20,000 nucleotides of DNA from an uncultured virus (IMG/VR IMGVR_UViG_3300037071_001584) (lineage: Duplodnaviria > Heunggongvirae > Uroviricota > Caudoviricetes > Crassvirales): positions 58,776-78,775 of IMG/VR virus record IMGVR_UViG_3300037071_001584; one strand, given 5' to 3'. Shown here in pieces: positions 18,060-20,000 of the stretch. The notes under the pieces were generated by a model. The model worked only from the letters and a program-made list of their open reading frames with translations, was not told where the DNA came from and searched no databases. The position numbers and the translations under genes were made by a program. Within the stretch, counting starts at the first letter, position 1, and each line of letters begins with the position of its first letter.

Positions 18060-18245
18060 TTAAAAATTTGGATGATCAGTTAATTCATACTCTGAACACA
18101 CATATTCTGTATTCCATGTAGTAGCTACTGTATAAGCATACTTATCTATAGAAAACATATAAGTTATCTCTACAATAACTCCCTTACCTGAATCAGGTGT
18201 AACATGATACACAGTATCTCCTATACTAAATTTGTTGCTTGTCAT
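18060..18245 (-). CDS. Small SH3/KOW-like beta-barrel protein
   Basis: KFSIGDTVYH...GVIVEI...YTV...SEYEL pattern. Confidence 0.65.
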   Translation of the reverse strand: MTSNKFSIGDTVYHVTPDSGKGVIVEITYMFSIDKYAYTVATTWNTEYVCSEYELTDHPNF

Positions 18246-18414
18246 CTTTCCTATATTTATGGTTATACAATTCTTCCAAATACTTATTAAACCCTTCTAA
18301 ATTAAAACCTTTATGTGACGTCCACCTTCCCTTATCCAATGTATTACCATCAGGCAGTATTACCTTATACTGCGTATGTACTATACTTTTCTTCCATTCA
18401 CTAAAGTTCTCCAT
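18226..18414 (-). CDS. Hypothetical protein, paralogue of the adjacent gene
   Basis: 62 aa; FSEWKKSI...YKVILPDGNT. Confidence 0.7.
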   Translation of the reverse strand: MENFSEWKKSIVHTQYKVILPDGNTLDKGRWTSHKGFNLEGFNKYLEELYNHKYRKDDKQQI

Positions 18415-18640
18415 ATCTATTTAGTATATATACTGTAAACGCTTCATTGTCAAATCTCTGATTCATGTCCATAAACAACTTAGCAAACGTTGTTGTCCCA
18501 TCTGGAATAAGTATCGTATACTTACACTGCTTAATCCCCTTAACCCATTCTTTAAACCCTCTAGGTTGCCCTTCTCTAATTATAACTTCTGCTTCAAACC
18601 AAGGTTCTTGTTCTGAGCAATCTTCACTTACTTTTATCAT
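18401..18640 (-). CDS. Hypothetical protein (~79 aa), paralogue of the adjacent gene
   Basis: Likely start MIKVSE at 18640, downstream of the promoter; FKEWVKGI...YTILIPDGTT. Confidence 0.7.
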   Translation of the reverse strand: MIKVSEDCSEQEPWFEAEVIIREGQPRGFKEWVKGIKQCKYTILIPDGTTTFAKLFMDMNQRFDNEAFTVYILNRYGEL

Positions 18641-18656
18641 TTCTCTTAATTTTAAA

Positions 18657-18688
18657 CAAAGATACAAAATATTTATTTAATTTCCAAA
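18657..18688 (-). promoter_or_regulatory. Bacteroidota-type promoter
   Basis: Minus strand TTTG (18688-18685), 20-nt spacer, TATCTTTG (18664-18657). Confidence 0.8.
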
Positions 18689-18707
18689 CTTTTTCTCACT
18701 TATTTTC

Positions 18708-18748
18708 AAAAAAAAAGTCCCTACAGCTTTTTTAAGGCCATAAGGACT
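18708..18748 (-). terminator. Intrinsic terminator closing the putative ncRNA
   Basis: Minus strand GTCCTTATGGC...GCTGTAGGGAC forms an 11-bp stem with 3 G.U pairs (pairs fully only as minus-strand RNA), then a 9-T tract. Confidence 0.75.
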
Positions 18749-18996
18749 CTACCAAAGGTAGCACGGATCTTTAACTAATGTTGTTGTTGTATAAGGTTAT
18801 ATAATATATATAATATTTAACTATTAGGCATAAGAAGGTTTCCACGATTTTTGTCGTGAGCCTCTTGGCTAGCCAGTGTTGTAGAAGTTGTCATACCTTC
18901 AAAACCCGTTATCCCCCAAACTCATCCTGTGAGCAGTCCCGTTTCAATCTTTAAGGGGGCAACTACATCCTAAACTAGTTGCTTAATATTTTACTT
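18708..18996 (-). ncRNA. Candidate structured non-coding RNA (~290 nt), family unknown
   Basis: Flanked by a promoter and a terminator, several nested hairpins, only a 25-codon ORF noticed. Confidence 0.5.
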
Positions 18997-19001
18997 GAGC
19001 A

Positions 19002-19033
19002 CAAAGATAATACATTAATTTGACATATGCAAG
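19002..19033 (-). promoter_or_regulatory. Bacteroidota-type promoter for the candidate ncRNA
   Basis: Minus strand CTTG (19033-19030), 20-nt spacer, TATCTTTG (19009-19002). Confidence 0.75.
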
Positions 19034-19062
19034 TATTTTGGCAATTATTTTCAATATATTTG

Positions 19063-19081
19063 TATTAGGTAATAGCTTTTA
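19063..19081. promoter_or_regulatory. 19-bp upstream box, copy 3
   Basis: TATTAGGTAATAGCTTTTA. Confidence 0.75.
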
Positions 19082-19242
19082 TGAAAAATAGACTTTTTAA
19101 AATATTTTTTTCTAGAAAATTTTTCATGAATGTGAGAGTGGGCTAACCCAAGATCATACCCCGACTCTTTTCAAATTTTGGGCATACCCGTTCACTTAGA
19201 GCGGCTTGCAAAAACATATCACAAACGTATAAATGTATTATT

Positions 19243-19788
19243 ATGGAAATTACGCAAAAGGTTGCAGAGAACATTATCGAGAGTAGAGTTATCATTGAGG
19301 AAGCTATGACACCATATAAAGGTGTTGAGGTTACATACGTAGGCTTTACTGACGCTGAGGGTGAACAATTCTTATGGAATGATGAGGACGGTGACCCTGA
19401 CCCATCTAGACCATTCGCTATTGTATCATTCAATGCTATGAACTTGCATTTGCTTGAGCAGAGTGTTGATGAGTATCAGGCAGGTATGTATGATGAGTGT
19501 GTGAACCACAACTTGTCAGTTCGTATGGACGCTGATAAAGCTCGTGAATTGTCTAAAGGCACTCCAGGTACGTTGATTTGTCATAATGTTCATCTTAAGG
19601 ATGAGGATGGTGAATTGATGTACGATGAGAAGACTGAAGAGCCTGTTATGGGCTTGTTGGTGAAAAGCTTCGCTCCAGTAGCTGCTAAGTTTGCTAAGAA
19701 AGCTAGTCTTGCTGACATCTTGGCTAAAAGAGCTCCTAAGGAAGAGCCTAAGGCTGTACCTGAGAAAAAGGTGAAGATAACTGCCTAG
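19243..19788 (+). CDS. Hypothetical acidic protein with a Lys/Ala/Pro-rich tail; first gene of the opposite strand
   Basis: 181 aa, AT-rich leader, strong T-ending codon bias, followed by a terminator. Confidence 0.85.
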   Translation: MEITQKVAENIIESRVIIEEAMTPYKGVEVTYVGFTDAEGEQFLWNDEDGDPDPSRPFAIVSFNAMNLHLLEQSVDEYQAGMYDECVNHNLSVRMDADKARELSKGTPGTLICHNVHLKDEDGELMYDEKTEEPVMGLLVKSFAPVAAKFAKKASLADILAKRAPKEEPKAVPEKKVKITA

Positions 19789-19796
19789 ATTGAGAT

Positions 19797-19820
19797 TGCC
19801 CCTTCGGGGGCATTTCTTTT
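19797..19820 (+). terminator. Intrinsic terminator
   Basis: TGCCCC-TTCG-GGGGCA (cUUCGg loop) followed by TTTCTTTT. Confidence 0.9.
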
Positions 19821-19854
19821 GACCTTTAGTGGTAAGATTAGCATCTAAATAAAG

Positions 19855-19995
19855 AGTGTTTACTTTGTCCTATATATGTTACCCGAGCTGTTTACCTTAT
19901 GGTTACAGTATGTTTACGTTAGTGCTACGTGTGTCTACGTTGGTGCTCTCTGTGGGGTTACTATCGTTTACAGTATGGTTACTGCGTGTTTATAG
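19855..19995 (+). repeat. Degenerate ~11-bp phased repeats with a G(T/G)TTAC-like core
   Basis: TAC cores at 19861, 19880, 19893, 19904, 19915, 19926, 19936, 19959, 19969, 19980 and TAT at 19991. Confidence 0.7.
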
Positions 19996-20000
19996 TATCC

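Noticed and set aside
149..18680. Short plus-strand ORFs and nested minus-strand ORFs in the track (e.g. 902-1189, 7992-8315, 12606-12986, 11261-11443, 13216-13434)
   Set aside because: They are antisense or off-frame shadows of well-supported minus-strand genes, with no motifs.
18753..18760. Additional TACCTTTG -7 element on the minus strand
   Set aside because: No -33 TTTG at the expected distance, and it lies immediately before a terminator.
18895..18917. GGGGGATAACGGGTTTTGAAGG resembles a tmRNA 5' end
   Set aside because: No T-loop (GTTCRA) or CCA acceptor end on either side, and no Ala-Ala-ending tag frame.
19143..19433. 96-aa minus-strand ORF
   Set aside because: It is antisense to the codon-biased 181-aa gene, which has its own terminator.
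19855..19995. CRISPR array
   Set aside because: Units are only ~11 bp and degenerate, with no repeat-spacer structure.
1..20000. Stop-codon reassignment (TAG/TGA), known in some crAss-like phages
   Set aside because: Long genes are intact in the standard code, and TAG/TGA end genes at coupled junctions (e.g. 15627, 14790, 16756).

Overview
The window is a segment of a crAss-like (Crassvirales-type) Bacteroidota phage genome, read in the standard genetic code. Bases 1-18640 are a tightly packed minus-strand late/morphogenesis module. In transcription order it holds small ORFs, Zn-finger proteins, PhoH, a winged-helix protein, an HU/IHF-like protein, a GroES-like co-chaperonin, a putative small terminase, GroEL, large terminase, portal, scaffold-like protein, major capsid protein, ring, auxiliary capsid and tail-hub proteins, and a collagen-repeat fibre. 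A ~600 bp non-coding strand-switch region follows, then one plus-strand gene and a helically phased repeat tract. The main observations are: (1) a GroEL inside the packaging operon that lacks the inter-ring contact segment and has altered apical residues, plus a divergent GroES; (2) a 19-bp box at an identical 61-bp offset from three of five Bacteroidota-type promoters; (3) a ~290-nt structured transcript with its own promoter and terminator but no real ORF; (4) ~11-bp phased GTTTAC-like repeats. Family assignments rest on motifs, synteny and recalled sequences; no searches were run.
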